Shown here in pieces: positions 34,996 through 47,262 of a stretch of DNA of 64,000 nucleotides (the stretch's first letter is position 1; the number at the start of each line of letters is the position of its first letter). The position numbers and the translations under genes are program-made. The notes beneath the pieces were generated by a model that was not told the DNA's origin, searched no databases, and saw only the letters and a program-made list of their open reading frames with translations. The stretch covers positions 1,214,459 to 1,278,458 of the forward strand of contig NW_005202427.1 of assembly GCF_000372725.1 (NCBI RefSeq), given 5' to 3'. Source of the stretch: Emiliania huxleyi CCMP1516 (Eukaryota).

Positions 34996-36160
34996 CGCCG
35001 CGCGAGCGCCGCGCGGCGGCACACCCAGCTCAAAAGAAAAAGAAAAAAGGGAATGAGGAGACCAGCGAGGGAGACTCCCCGCCTATGCAAGCCCCAGAGA
35101 GGGGCCGCCATCGCCGAAGCTGTGCCAAAGCATAACTCCAAAACCCGCAGCGGCCCAGGGGGCCTTGGGGGCAGCCTGCCGGACCGCCGCTGCACGGGGC
35201 TAGGCTCCAGAAGATGAGTGGAATTGATGAATCGGGCCGTTGTCCGTGCCTCCCCTCTATACGTCAGAGTGGGACCTACGCCGCGCCGGGAAAGGGGCGC
35301 GCCCGGTCCTCGACGGAGCCGCGCGCCCCAAACGACCCAGGCGGCGAGTAGTCGACCTCGAACCTTCGACATGTAGTTGCCCGTAGTTAGCGCCCGCCCG
35401 CCCCCCCCTCTGTCGCTTCGCAAACGAAAAAACAAAATAAAACCAAGCAAAAGAGAAAGCGAAGCTCAACAACGATTGCGTAAACGGCGTCACAAAGCCC
35501 GCCGGTTTTGATCGACAATCGTGAGATTGACCGCCGTCGACCAGAGAATTGACGGCAGCATGCAGACGATGTGCCAGCTTGCACGGCGCTCGCGCCGCGC
35601 CGGCTGGCTCATCGAGCGCGCTCTTTGGCGCCGTCTGGGCCACGCGCGGCGCCGCGCGTGCCTCGCGCCACTCGCCGCGGCCGGCACCACAGCGCCAAAG
35701 CCGCCTCGCAAACCCCGCGCACAGCACCAGCATGCTGCCCACCAGGCAGCAGAGTGCTGCACCGGCGTGCAGCGGACGCTGCGGCGCTGTGGTGCCGCCT
35801 CCCCGCCCTGTCCACGGAGCAGGCGAGCGGCGGCACGGCCTTCCACCAGCTGCAGGAAGTGCGCACTTCCCAAAGGAAGCACCAGATGCACCTTCAGCAC
35901 ACGCAGCTTTGCGCAGCGCAGCGCACGGGCTGCGCCACGCAAAGCCGACCCTCAGTCTGCCCAAGAGGCTGTCTGCGGAAGGCCTGGCAGCGCGTACTCG
36001 CCTCCTCCGCGGCCATGCCCTGCGCCCGGGCGAGCGAGGAGCGGGGACACAACCATTTCTGGAATCGTGTGTCCCGAAGGAAGTTTTTTTCTTTCGGTTT
36101 ATCAGCGGCGGAGGCAGGCGGCGGAGGCAGGGCGAGGGCCCTCTTCACGTGACAACGATA

Positions 36161-36892
36161 ATGCCGGCGACCGCACGCATCCCCGACGCATTTGCTGGCG
36201 CCGCGGCGGCCATGCCGGAGCCACAACGCGCCCTACTAGTTGATGGCGCCGATCCCTCCACCGTGCCGGCTGAAGAGGTCATGCGCACGCTCGGTGGCGG
36301 CGTCGCAGCGGCCTGCTTCGCCACCGATGTCGTCACGCTCCCCAGACTGCTTTGCCGATCGGCGTGCGAGGCGCTCGCGGCGGCGGTGGATGCGGAGCAC
36401 GACTGCATTCGAGATACAGTTGACGGTGCGCCCGACTGTCAGCTCAATCTGACGTGCGAGGAGCTGTCGGCGCTGATTGGAGCCGCGAACGTCGAAGCCA
36501 TCGCCGCGGTCGCACGCGCGCTCGACCTGCGCGGTGGCGGCGGACGCCAGCGGGAGCTTGCCATGGTCGAAGCGTTTGTGAGGAAATACACGCCAGCGAC
36601 TCGGCCCTGGCACCCCTTTCATCAAGACAGAGCGCGAATTACCGTCAACGTTGCGCTGTCGGACGACTCGCAGCACGGCGGCGGCCGGCTCCTCGGGCTC
36701 TTTGCGGACGGCGTGGTCCGGTTCGATCGAGCCGCGGGCGACGCGACCGTCCACTTCTCGCGGGTCGTCCACGGCGTCTCTCGGATGGAGCACGGCACGA
36801 GGTACGCTCTCATCGTCTTCCTCGGCGAGGAGCCGCCGGTGAGGAGAACGCTTGGGCCCGATGGCGTGTGGACAAGAGCTGTGGACGTGTGA
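36161..36892 (+). CDS. 2OG-Fe(II) oxygenase (prolyl-4-hydroxylase-like)
   Basis: FVRKY...FHQD (HxD)...TVNVALS...GGG...VHGVS...GTRYALIVF. Confidence 0.85.
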   Translation: MPATARIPDAFAGAAAAMPEPQRALLVDGADPSTVPAEEVMRTLGGGVAAACFATDVVTLPRLLCRSACEALAAAVDAEHDCIRDTVDGAPDCQLNLTCEELSALIGAANVEAIAAVARALDLRGGGGRQRELAMVEAFVRKYTPATRPWHPFHQDRARITVNVALSDDSQHGGGRLLGLFADGVVRFDRAAGDATVHFSRVVHGVSRMEHGTRYALIVFLGEEPPVRRTLGPDGVWTRAVDV

Positions 36893-38115
36893 CCCCTCTC
36901 TCGCGGTTTGGAGCTGTTGGGAAAGGCTGGGGCAGTCGACTCGAGTCTCGACGAGCGTGCGTGCGGTGACTCGTTGGCACATGGCAGGCCGCCCGTTGAC
37001 CTCTTCGTACCCTCCGCACATTCCCCTCCCGCCCTCACACGGCGCGGCCGCAAGCAACGGGGGCGGCACGCGCAAACGACATACTAAAAGGCACATGTAC
37101 AAAACGCGAAAATACGATCGGTAACCAGCCTCCGGCGGGGCCCCCCGCTCCCATCCAAACCCGAGACCGGTCTCGATCATAGATAGAGGGGCTCAAGTGT
37201 GACATAAGTCCACACACATACGATACACATACACAAAAAAGCAACTCTCACGACACACGGGCACCGGGTGGAGCGGCGGCGGCGGCGGCAGCGGCACGCG
37301 CGGGCGGACGGATTCGGACGGGGCGGAGCAGCGACGCCTGGGCGGCCGCTGCTCTGTCTGCCAGAGCGCGCCGTCTGCGCAGCTCCGAGCGCCGTCAGGT
37401 GCAGGGAAGCGTGGCGGCGCGGGGACGCGCGGCGGCGGTGGCGAGCAGGCGAGCGGCCCGCGCGCGGCGAGGCGGACAGGTGATCGGCAGGCGGGTGATG
37501 GGCCGGAGAGTGACCGCGCCCAGCGATCGGAGGCGAGCCGATCGTCGCTCGGCCGCAGCTGACCTCGAAGGCGTGCGGAGCGCGACTGTCGGTGTCGGAG
37601 GGCGGCCGTCATGTGGCGAGGAGGGAGGACGACAAGTGCGCGTCGTACGGGTCGCTCTTCATCGGCCAGTCGAGCGGACGGTGGCGTCGGTCAAAGTGAG
37701 GGCCGGTGAGGCCGGCGAGATTCGTTGCGAGATACGGTTCACAAGTTTGGACCCTCTGTGGACGCGCCGCAAAATCAGGCAATTGGAAAGGGGGCTACTG
37801 GGGCGGCCAATTCACACCTCGCGGGACTACTTATGTTTTCGTAAACGTAGTTGTGGCCCCCCGCTACGTCGCACGAGTGCAACCGGGTAGCGGGGGGCTA
37901 AAATGACAGCAACGAAATATCATTCTCGCAAAACCTCTCTCGTCTCTCTCCCTCTCTCTCCACAGCGAGCAGCGGTCTCCAGGAGCAGGTGAGTGGTGAC
38001 GTCCCCACGCGCGCGTGGGCGAAAGAGCGTATTCGCCACCCGCGCAGTCGCTGCGCAGCGATGGGACAGTGGCGTGAGTCGGTGAAGCTCACACTGAACG
38101 GAGCACGTGACCGGT

Positions 38116-38215
38116 NNNNNNNNNNNNNNNNNNNNNNNNNNNNNNNNNNNNNNNNNNNNNNNNNNNNNNNNNNNNNNNNNNNNNNNNNNNNNNNNNNNNN
38201 NNNNNNNNNNNNNNN
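38116..38215. other. assembly gap (100 N); others at 43085-43184 and 48677-48776
   Basis: Runs of N. Confidence 1.
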
Positions 38216-38549
38216 GCTGGGGGACAGGGAGGGGTGGGCCTGTCCTCCTAGGGAGGGGGAACCTTAGCAATACAGAACAATTAGAGAGATAAGATGACGT
38301 CGGGGGCAAGGAGGGAGCTCCCGCAGGATGTAGTTTAGGGTGGTTGGAGTATGAGGGGGGGGGGCAGATTTGGGCGATGGTCTTCAATTGATTGCCTCGT
38401 TCATGCGGGCGCGAGAAGTGCAGACAGGGTTACCAGGTGAGAGAGAATGGCGGGGGGGGGCGGAGGCGAGGCAGCGCGAGCCGCGGCGGCGCGAGCCGCG
38501 GCGGCGCGGGCGGCGGCGGCGCGGGCGGCGGCGAGGGCGGCGTCGCACC

Positions 38550-40287
38550 GGTCCGGTTGTCGCACTCGAGCGCGTGGACGGGGCCGATGCGCGCGGCCTA
38601 ATTAAATCGTAATTAATGAGAGAGTATTTAATTAAGGACGGGGCCGGGGCGCGCGGCCTCAGCGTGGATCTCCTCGACCGCCTTCGAGCGGTCCGCCTCG
38701 CCGGAGGAGCCCGCGCCTAGAAGGTTCCTAGAAGGTTCCTGGAGCTTCCTAGAAGGTTCCTCGCCTCGCCGGAGGAGCCCGCGCCCTCCGTCTCCATCGG
38801 CGTTGGCTCGGCCGGCTTGGCGGCGAGCGCCGCGGCGCCGGCTAGGGTGTGCTCTCCAGTGTCGGCCGGCGCGGCGGCGGCGGCGGCCTTGTCGGCGGCA
38901 ACCTTGTCGGCGGAAGCCTTGTCCGCTGCAGCCTTGTCGCGCGCCTCTTCGAGCCTGTTGTTGTGCGACGCGATGTTTGCCTGCAGCTCTTTTGTGCACA
39001 GGTTCCGCACGTCGAGCACGTCGGGGAAGGAGATCGGGCGGAGGATCTTCGCGCGCTTCTCGGTATCCTTGCGGTACTGGAAGCGCACAAAGTTGACGGC
39101 GAGGTAGGGCGGGAGGCGGGCGATCTGCTCCGTCTTGTCGAAGAGCGCCTCGCGGCCGAGCGCGGCCGAGTGCTTCTCGATCGACTCGGAGAGGGACGCC
39201 TCGACCGCCGTGTAGAGGTGCGCCTGCCCGCGGCAGAGGGTGGTGAGGGAGGAGGCGCTTCGCAGCCGCGGCCCGGCGGCAGGCGCGCCGTCTTCTCGTT
39301 GATGTGGCACTTGAGGACCGTGTCCTTCTCGCGCTTCTCGTACGGCTCCTCGCCACCCGCCTCGGCGCACGCGTACCTCGTCACCTTCTCGACGCCTACG
39401 GGACGCGTCGCGGACATGTCACGCGCGCCCCCAGACACGTCGACCGCTGCCACCTCTCGTCGCCAAAGAGCGCGTCGCCGAGGTTGTCGCGCAGCTCCTG
39501 CTGGTGCGGCAGCAGCGGCGGCGAGGCGTTGTCGAGGTCGGACGGCGCGCCGCCTAGAAGGTTCCTAGAAGGCTCCTAGAAGGCTCCTAGAATGTCCCTG
39601 GAGGTCGGACGGCCCGGCGCCGTCGGGCAGCTTGAGCCGCTGCGCGAGCACATTCGTGACGAGCGTGGACCAGCACTCCTGCGCGTCCTGCTGCACAAAG
39701 CCGCGCCCGCCCTCGGCCTGCTGGGCGAACATCGGGAAGTTCTGCCGAAAGACCGACACGAACTTGAACGGGCGCACCTCCTGCGTCGCGTTGGACCGCT
39801 CGAGCTCGCCGACCAGCTCACGCATCGCAAACAGCAGCGCCTTCTCAGACTCGCCGCCGGTGCCGGCGTACTTTTGCAGCGCGAGCGATACCTCGGGGAT
39901 GCGGATCATCACCTGCAGCGACGAGTTGAGGTAGCAAGTGTTGCCGAGGTTCGTCAGCCCGCCCGGGTTCTTGGACGCGGTGAGCGCGGCGACGTCGACC
40001 GCGGGCATGTCCTCCACGAAGATCGTCTTCTCGGCGGGCGCCTCGGGCACCGCCTCGGCCGAACCCATGAGCATCAGCACCTGGCCCTGCTTGACGCCCA
40101 GCGCCTCCCAGTCCGCGCCGTCCTTGACGGTGCCTCCCTTGACGCCCATGATCTTTTGCCGCTCGACCGGCACGTTGGTGAGCGCGAATAGCTGCGCCTT
40201 GAAGAGGTCGACTGGCGCCGACTTGTCCAGCTCGACGGCCTCGAACTTCTTCTTGCCCCACTTGACGGTGACGTTGATTGTGGACAT
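38550..40287 (-). CDS. USP14: ubiquitin carboxyl-terminal hydrolase 14/Ubp6 (UBL + peptidase C19), 3' end not visible
   Basis: VTVKWGKKKF...FKAQLFALTNVPVERQKIM...MLMGS (UBL); GLTNLGNTCYLNS (Cys box); QQDAQECW; RLPPYLAVNFVRF...KAKILRPISFP.LDV. His box not found before the N gap. Confidence 0.92.
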
Positions 40288-40358
40288 ATATATATATTTG
40301 CGGCGGCGGAACGCGAGACAGCCTGGCTGCGGAAAGAATTTTACCACCCGACGCTGGA

Positions 40359-40460
40359 TGTAGCGCACCACACTCCTCTCCTTGAAATCCCTGTGTGGTG
40401 GCGGCGTGCCGTCCTCCCATCCCTCCCTTGGGTTGTGTGTTTTCTTTCTTTCTTTCTTTT
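40359..40460 (+). mobile_element. 'family B' 3' end just upstream of USP14
   Basis: tagcgcaccacac..ctctccttgaaatccctgtgtggtggcggcgtgccgtcctcccatccctcccttggg...(tttc)n. Confidence 0.8.
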
Positions 40461-40890
40461 GCGGTTGCTGACTGCACTCCAAGTGCTCCAAGCAAACTCC
40501 CTCGCACAACACTGGGCACGGGACTGGCGCGCACTGGCACTAACACAGGTACACCACGGGAGCCGCCTAAGCGACTCCTGCGAGGGTGGCGAGGCACTTA
40601 GCTCCGTGCACCCGCCCACCCCCGCCACAGGCAAGCTCATTCACGACCTGCTCTGCGATGGCCGTGTGAAGAACGACTGAGATACGCTGCTTCTGCAGCC
40701 CCAGCCAGCTCTTGGTGGTCCAAGTCACCTCATCGAGGTACTGGGCCCGCGTCAGCTTGTTCTGTAGCACGTCCGCCGCCCTCCGGAGGATCTCACGGAC
40801 CCCCTTTCCGAACCCGCCGAACGATTCGAACAGCAGCAGCTGCACCTCGACGCCCTTGTCTTCCCTGGCGTAGCGATAATCCCCGGATTC
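40461..40890 (-). mobile_element. family A sister-subfamily retrotransposon 3' end
   Basis: GDYRYARE...LFESFGGFGKGVREILRRAA..LQNKLTRAQYLDEVTWTTKSWLGLQKQRISVVLHTA aligns with the ORF at 19440-19756; the 3' UTR is related. Confidence 0.8.
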
Positions 40891-41322
40891 ACTCCTATGC
40901 ACCTTCGGTGAGGGTACATTGGCGCGTAAAAGGAGAGTCACGGAATCGCGCGCGCCTCCACCAGGAAGGGCTACGCAGTATCCCTGACATCCCAACGCGC
41001 AGTGGAGGAGGAGCGAGGGCAGGTGGCCCGGAAAGCCCAATGAACCCCACAGAAGGGGCAACTGGCCGTGGCATGGAGCCACAGAGGCGACAGCCAAATC
41101 ACGAGAGGGGTGAGGCCGGTCGCCGAGCGTCCAGAGGCCGCCGGGAATCGAGCCACCACCGTCAAGGCGGCAAGGGAGAAAGCACCACCCAACACCGCCG
41201 TGAAGGACGCAGAGGCAGAAGAAGAGGTAGGAGAGGAGAGGATCTCCGTGAGTCTCCTGCGGGAAACTAGTGGCCTATCACGAGTTAGGGCCCCTACCCC
41301 AATCGTTATTGGCGAAGACGTT
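40884..41322. mobile_element. dispersed repeat 'C', with segments recurring inverted at 57430-57455, 58214-58311 and 58752-58852
   Basis: Near-exact reverse-complement matches of ~100-bp blocks. Confidence 0.65.
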
Positions 41323-41406
41323 ATTTTTTGCGCCTAACACGCTCATGTGGAGCGCCGGCCTTTCGCTGTTGTTGTTAGTTGTCCTCCGAGGTGTTGAGCC
41401 AGCGTC

Positions 41407-44400
41407 ATGACTGCGGCCCTGTTCGCTCTCCTCCTCCTTCCAGCGCTCAACGACGACGCTGACCCTCGCACCCTCGTCCGCTGGGCCTCGTCGCGCTGCG
41501 AGCCGGCCGTAAGCGGCTCGTGCGGCCGCGAGCCGCACGGCTACTGCGACGCGTCGGTCGGCCGGTGCGTCTGCTCGCCCGGCCGCTTCGGTCCGCGGTG
41601 CGAGCAGATGCACTACCCGGCCTGCCGGCTGCACCCCGACGGCGAGATGGCGTGCGACACCTTTGTCGGCCTCATGTCCTGCGCGTGCCGCCTCTCGTGC
41701 GAGCAGAGGTACGGCTCGATGGCGCGGTTCAACACGCCTCTCTGCTGGGACGAGTCCGTGTCGGACGAGGAGCTCAGCCGCCGGTCGCTGCAAGCCGACG
41801 GCGGCCGCTCTCCAGCGACCCTCCGCACCCACACACTCCCCACCCTCCCCGACGCAAGCGGCCGCGCCTCGCTATCCCAGGCGCCCTCACCGCCCTCTCG
41901 CTGGTCAACACGTCCGACTTCCCGGCGGCGAGCGCGAGCATCGTCTTCCGCACCGACCAGTGGCCGCTGCGCGGCCGCTGCGCGCGGAAGAACATCGCGC
42001 CTGCCAAGCTCGCCGCCTGCACCTCGCGCACGGCCGTTGGCCACAACAAGGCGACGAGGCAGCGAGGAGAGGGGGGGGCGCCTCCGCTCTCCCCGCGGAC
42101 GCCGCCCGTCGCCGCGCCTCAGGCGAGGAACATGCTCGGCGGCGACCCCGTCCCCAACTGGCGCTGCCCCGGCTCCTGCTCCCACCGCGGCACGTGCCTC
42201 GTCCCCGCCGCCTAGACACTTCTGGGGCCTTCTAGGAACCGTCCAGGAACCTTCTAGGCACGTGCCTCGTCCCCGCCGCCTAGACACTTCTGGGGCCTTC
42301 TAGGAACCGTCCAGGAACCTTCTAGGCACGTGCCTCGTCCCCGCCGCCTAGACACTTCTGGGGCCTTCTAGGAACCGTCTAGGAACCTTCTAGGCACGTG
42401 CCTCGTCCCCGCCGCCGTCCGCTCGGAGCACGCGCGGGAGCAGTACCCGCTGCAGGGCGAGCGCGCCGGCGAGGCCCTGCCCCCGCCTCCGTGTGCGCGT
42501 GGGCGTGTGCCCTCACGCCTGCCGCACCGAGCAGGCGAGATTACCCGAGATTACCCGAGATTGCCCTCACGCCTGCCGCACCGAGCAGGCGAGCCGAGCT
42601 GCGTCTGCCACCGCGGGTATGTCGGCCGCGCCTGCGAGGCTGTCAGCCCGTCCGAGGAGCGCGTGCGCCTCGCGGCAACGCCGCCTGCCGACGCCGCGTC
42701 CGTGACGCGACCGTGAGTCGTGTCCACAGGAGCCGTTCGGCGCGTCGAAGTACGGCTCGCTCTGCCTCAACGGCCGAGGCTGCTCCGGCCACGGCGCGTG
42801 CGTCGCCCGCTTCTGCCTCTGCCACGCCGGTTGGGCGGGCGCAGACTGCTCGCTCCCAAACGCTCCGAGCCGGCCGCTGGCGCCGCCCGCCGCCCTGCCG
42901 AGCGCGCAGCCGATTGGCGGGCGGCGCGTGCCCATCTACATCTACCCGCTGCCGACCGAGATGTCGCTCGAGCACGTCTACATGCGCGACATGCTGCGGC
43001 GAGGCCAGTACTACGCCAACCTCATGTTCCTCGAGGTGACGCGTCCTCCTGCCCAACCTCCTGCCCAACTCGCCATCGCATGTCNNNNNNNNNNNNNNNN
43101 NNNNNNNNNNNNNNNNNNNNNNNNNNNNNNNNNNNNNNNNNNNNNNNNNNNNNNNNNNNNNNNNNNNNNNNNNNNNNNNNNNNNCCCCCAGTCCCTCCCC
43201 CAGTCCCTCCGCCAGCCCCTCCGCCAGTCCCTCCGCCGCGGAGCGGGCGGTGCCGCGCCCACACCCAACCGCCCGCCCCGCAGGCGCTGCTCCGCGACAA
43301 GGCCTCCGTCGTGGCAGACCCGGAGCAGGCGCGAGGCCGGCCTCGGCCCAGCGCCCGCCCGCTGCTCGCCCAGGCCGGCAGCTGCCTCGCCCGCAGGCGG
43401 CCCTCTTCTTCGTGCCGGTGATGCCGATGCAGATGGCGGGCAACTTGTGGCACCCATACGAGTTCCTCGCGCAGACCGCGCGCCACCTCGCGAGCGAGTA
43501 TCCCTTCTGGCGCCGCTCCGGCGGGCGAGCGACCAGCCCTTCCTCGCACGCCGAGTGAGGAGGGGATCAACAACTCACGGCATGTCAATCCATTGGTAGT
43601 CGCGACCACATCTTCTTCCTCACGACGGACCGCGCCGGCTGCTGGAAGCCATTCGAGCTCAACCAGTCCATTGTGCTCACCTACCTCGGCTTCTCTGCGC
43701 CGGAGGCCAACTCTGGCTGCGAGGAGCGGCTGGCTAACCCTCGCCCCGACCCTGGCCCTGACCCTGACCCCTAGGCCAACTTTGGCTTCGAGGAGCGGCT
43801 GCGCTGGGGCGCAAACCCGTCGGGGCCGGAGCGGCGCAACAACGCGTACGACACGCGCGAGGGGTCGGTCGCCACCACGCTGCCCTGCTACGTGCCTGGC
43901 CAGGACATCGTCGCTAGCCCCACCCCTGAGCCATAGCCCATACCCAAAACCCTAACCCGAACCCTAACCCTGACCCTGACCCTGACCCTGACCCTGACCC
44001 TGACCCTGACCCTGACCCTGACCCTGACCCTGCTACTTGCCTGGCCAGGACGTCGTCGTGCCCGTCGACACCGAGGTGAAGGCCGCCGACCAGGCAAAGT
44101 CGCCGCGGCCGGGCGCTCCGTACCAGTGCGCGGGCCGGGCGGGCAAGCTGAAGCTGCTGCACATGGGCGGCTCGATGCAGAACATGGGGCGGATCGAGTA
44201 CTCGCAGGGCGTGCGGCAGCGCATCGCCGAGCTGCACAGCGACGAGCCAGACTTCGTGCTCGGCGGCACCTTCACGCTGGACGACCTGCGCGCCGCCACC
44301 TTTTGCCTCGCGCCGTCGGGCTGGGGCTGGGGCTGGCGCATCACGCTCACCCTGCTGACGCAGTGTGTGCCCGTCATCATCCAGCCGAACGTGACGCAGC

Positions 44401-44810
44401 CGTTCGAGGAGCTGCTGCCGTACGAGGACTTCTCGCTGCGCCTCACCAAGGAGGACATCCCGGCGCTCCCCAAGCTGCTGCGCGCCGTGCCGGACGCGAC
44501 CATCTGCCGGATGCAGACCAGCCTCGCCAAGCACTACCGCGCGCTGCTCTGGCAGAAGCCGCACGGGCCGCAGCACCCGAGCGCCTACGACCTGACGATG
44601 ATCGCGCTCTGCCGGCGAGAGCTTCGCCCCACCACCCCGCCGCTTCCGGCCTCCTGGCACCTCACACCCCCTCCCCTCCTCGCACGCAGGCGGGCCAAGA
44701 GCTTGGCAGTCAGGCTGTCCAGATCCCCCGATACGGCGCGCGCATACCTGGCACGTCACACGCCAGAATGCGCCGATACGCTCGAGGCGGCGGGCGTCGC
44801 GTTCACCTGA
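41407..44810 (+). CDS. secreted/Golgi EGF-like + exostosin (GT47) glycosyltransferase, many exons, spans a gap
   Basis: Signal peptide; EGF-like CxCxxGxxGxxC repeats; PIYIYPLP, VADPEQA.LFFVP, YPFWRRSGGRDHIFFLTTDRAGC, DVVVP, FCLAPSGWGWG.R, CVPVIIQ...QPFEELLPY. Confidence 0.9.
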
Positions 44811-45589
44811 CAGCAGCTGTGATTTGTATAATAATATGTGCGGCAGACAAGGCAGACTCTATACTTTTACAACTTTTGGAATATCTTTTCTTCGTGCGGA
44901 GAGAGAGAGAGAGAGAGCAGGTGTGCTTCTTAGCCCCCCCGGCCCTGGCGGATGTGCGGTTGATGACTGCACTCCAAAGTCCATTTGTCCCATCTCCAAC
45001 GCGTCCAAGTGTGTCCGCTCCAAGTGCAGAGAGGACAGAAGAGCCTTTTCCCGCCCTCCTAGACCTCTCTCGGTTGCCTCTATTCCCGCCCTCCCACTCC
45101 TCTCTTGCATTATTTTTCTTGGTGTCGCGCGGCGGCGGGTGTGGTGTTTCTGCTTTCTCTATGAAACACATAGTCTATGTCTCTCTTCACTCTCTCCTTG
45201 ACCGCGACAGGACTTGAGTCTTGTCGATGTCCGTTCACCGTTGTCCCCCGACTTTGAAGTTAGATTGAAAACAAATGGGCCCTACGCGCGAGATTGATTC
45301 TGAGACCCAACCCCTGGATAGTGGACAGCGGGCCCAGCCCCCAGCGCCCGGCGGGCCGGGAGGCGCAGCATGTGCATGTCAGCCATCGCGCCCATCGGGC
45401 CCATGCCGCATGCGATCGGCATGCAGCGCCCAGAGGCGCGGAGAGCGCGGTCGCTCTCTCACACATTCGCCCTCGCTCCCTCCCTCCTCCCTCTCCCCTC
45501 TCTCTCAGGCGCCTGGGGGACGTCGCCCTCCGACCGGCATCGACCTTCTCCCTGAGATGTGAGAACCTCAGAGACAAAGCGATCGCGGC

Positions 45590-46269
45590 TCAGCTGGTCT
45601 TCTTCTTCTCGTCCGAACCCATGCCCAACATGCACCACCCAGCCACCAGACACACACCTCCAAGAGGAGTGACAGGCCTGTCAGTCAGCGGAAACAGCTG
45701 AGGAGAGTGATCAGGAGAGTCTATTGTTACTCCAGAGGATGCAGACCCCAAGAGCCTCGGGGCGCCGAGCGCGAGGGAGTAGATGCTGCCTGAGCATGAA
45801 AGGAGGGAGGGTTGGACGTCGCCACCCTCGCTCTACCGACCAGACCGATCGATTGATTGCCCGAGAAGAGGACGGAGCCGCCGGTCCACAGACAGGCCAC
45901 GAGGTAGTACGGTGTGCCTCCCGCGCTGCCTTGCATTCGAGAGCTCACCGCAAGCAAGGCGACCGCGTGCAAAAGCTGATAGACGCACGCAGTCCGCCAT
46001 GACTGCAAAGCACCTCGAGCCTCCAGTGAGCCATGTAGAGCATGGGCGCCTGATTCGAAATCACCAAACCTGCACGGGGGCCACTCTCTCTATATGCCGC
46101 CACACGGCCACACGGACGGCACACCTAACGCCCCTGCAGCGATGGCGCTCGCTCCCAGCGCAGCAGCGCAGCGCCGAACCGTGGTGGCTGCCGCGGCTTC
46201 GGCGGCAGCCACGCCCGCAGGATTCCGACTGCTCGCCTGTTGCACAATAGGCGGCACTGCGGGCAACAT
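45590..46269 (-). CDS. TMEM256: TMEM256/DUF423 family membrane protein, 4 exons
   Basis: Spliced: LGASAIAAGALG|AHAL...WRTACVYQLLHAVALL...GSVLFSG|SIYSLAL...LG|PVTPLGGVCLVAGW. Start codon uncertain. Confidence 0.85.
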
Positions 46270-46720
46270 GGATCGAGGCCCAGCGCCTTGGCCGTGAGTT
46301 GCGGTCTCACCGATGTGGAATAGCGCCGCACTGCGTCGCGTATGCGGTTGGGAATGAAATCGACGTACGCGCCGACCGCAGTGCCGTCGTCGCGGAACGC
46401 ATACGGTGGCGGCGATGCCGAGCCTCCGTCGACAACGGGCATTGTATTGCTCACGGGATGGACGTCCATCCCAACTTGTTTTCTTCTTTAAACCTTGAAA
46501 ACAGGCGGATCCAGTGCCTAGCTCGCCGCCCAGGCACGAACCGGCCAGGGCCGGTGTGACGACGCAGAGCCGAGTGCCCCTTCACGGCGGGCCGTCTTCG
46601 CACCCACCTCGCGAGCCGACATACTGGATTTTGCAAAAGCGAGGGGGGGAGGGGGGGCATGCGGCAGTCAGTTATGAAAATTAAATCCCCAAAATTCTTT
46701 TTGCTAGAACGGCGGTGATC

Positions 46721-47262
46721 ATGCTGTGTGGAGTCTCGCCTCGCCTGCCTCGCACGATCCTCCTCCTCCTCCTCCTCCTGCACGGATCGCCCGCTGCGGC
46801 CCTCTTCGTCGGACCCCGCGTGCCCGGCGCGCCGCTGCGGGCGGCGCCCCCAGTGTTTGCTCCGCTGACGCTGCTGCGCTCCACGCCCGCTGCCGCCGCC
46901 GCAGCGCTTGTCGCGGGCACCGCCTCGTCCGCGTCCGCGGCGGCGGAGAGCGGTGCGATCGCGAATCAGTTGGACGACAGGCTTGTCGTCGGCTTCGTGC
47001 TAGTGCGCGCCCCTGCCCACACCTTCACAGCCGCGCGTTCCTTTTATGCGCTTGCTCCCACCGTCTCTCCTTCCCCATTCCGCGCGTTCCTCTCACATCT
47101 CTGCGCCGCCGCCGCCCCCAGGTTCTTCTCGTCGCCACGGCCGCGCTCCAGTTCTCCCTCGGGGATGTGGCTGCGGACGAGGCCAACTTGCCCTCCTCGA
47201 GCGCCCGCATCAACGACCTGCGGCAGAAGCGGTCAAACTTCCTGCGCGGCCCTCCGCAGTGA
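46721..47262 (+). CDS. small hypothetical, probably plastid-targeted membrane protein, 2 exons
   Basis: Signal peptide + ALF motif + Ala-rich segment; TM helix LVVGFVL|VLLVATAALQFSLGDVAADEA. Confidence 0.6.

Noticed and set aside
35257..36016. Possible small minus-strand gene divergent from the 2OG oxygenase
   Set aside because: There is a plausible ATG and AT-rich upstream tract, but no recognisable domain or consistent exon chain.
38216..38550. USP14 as a truncated pseudogene
   Set aside because: The missing His-box exon(s) may lie in the adjacent assembly gap; cannot be decided.
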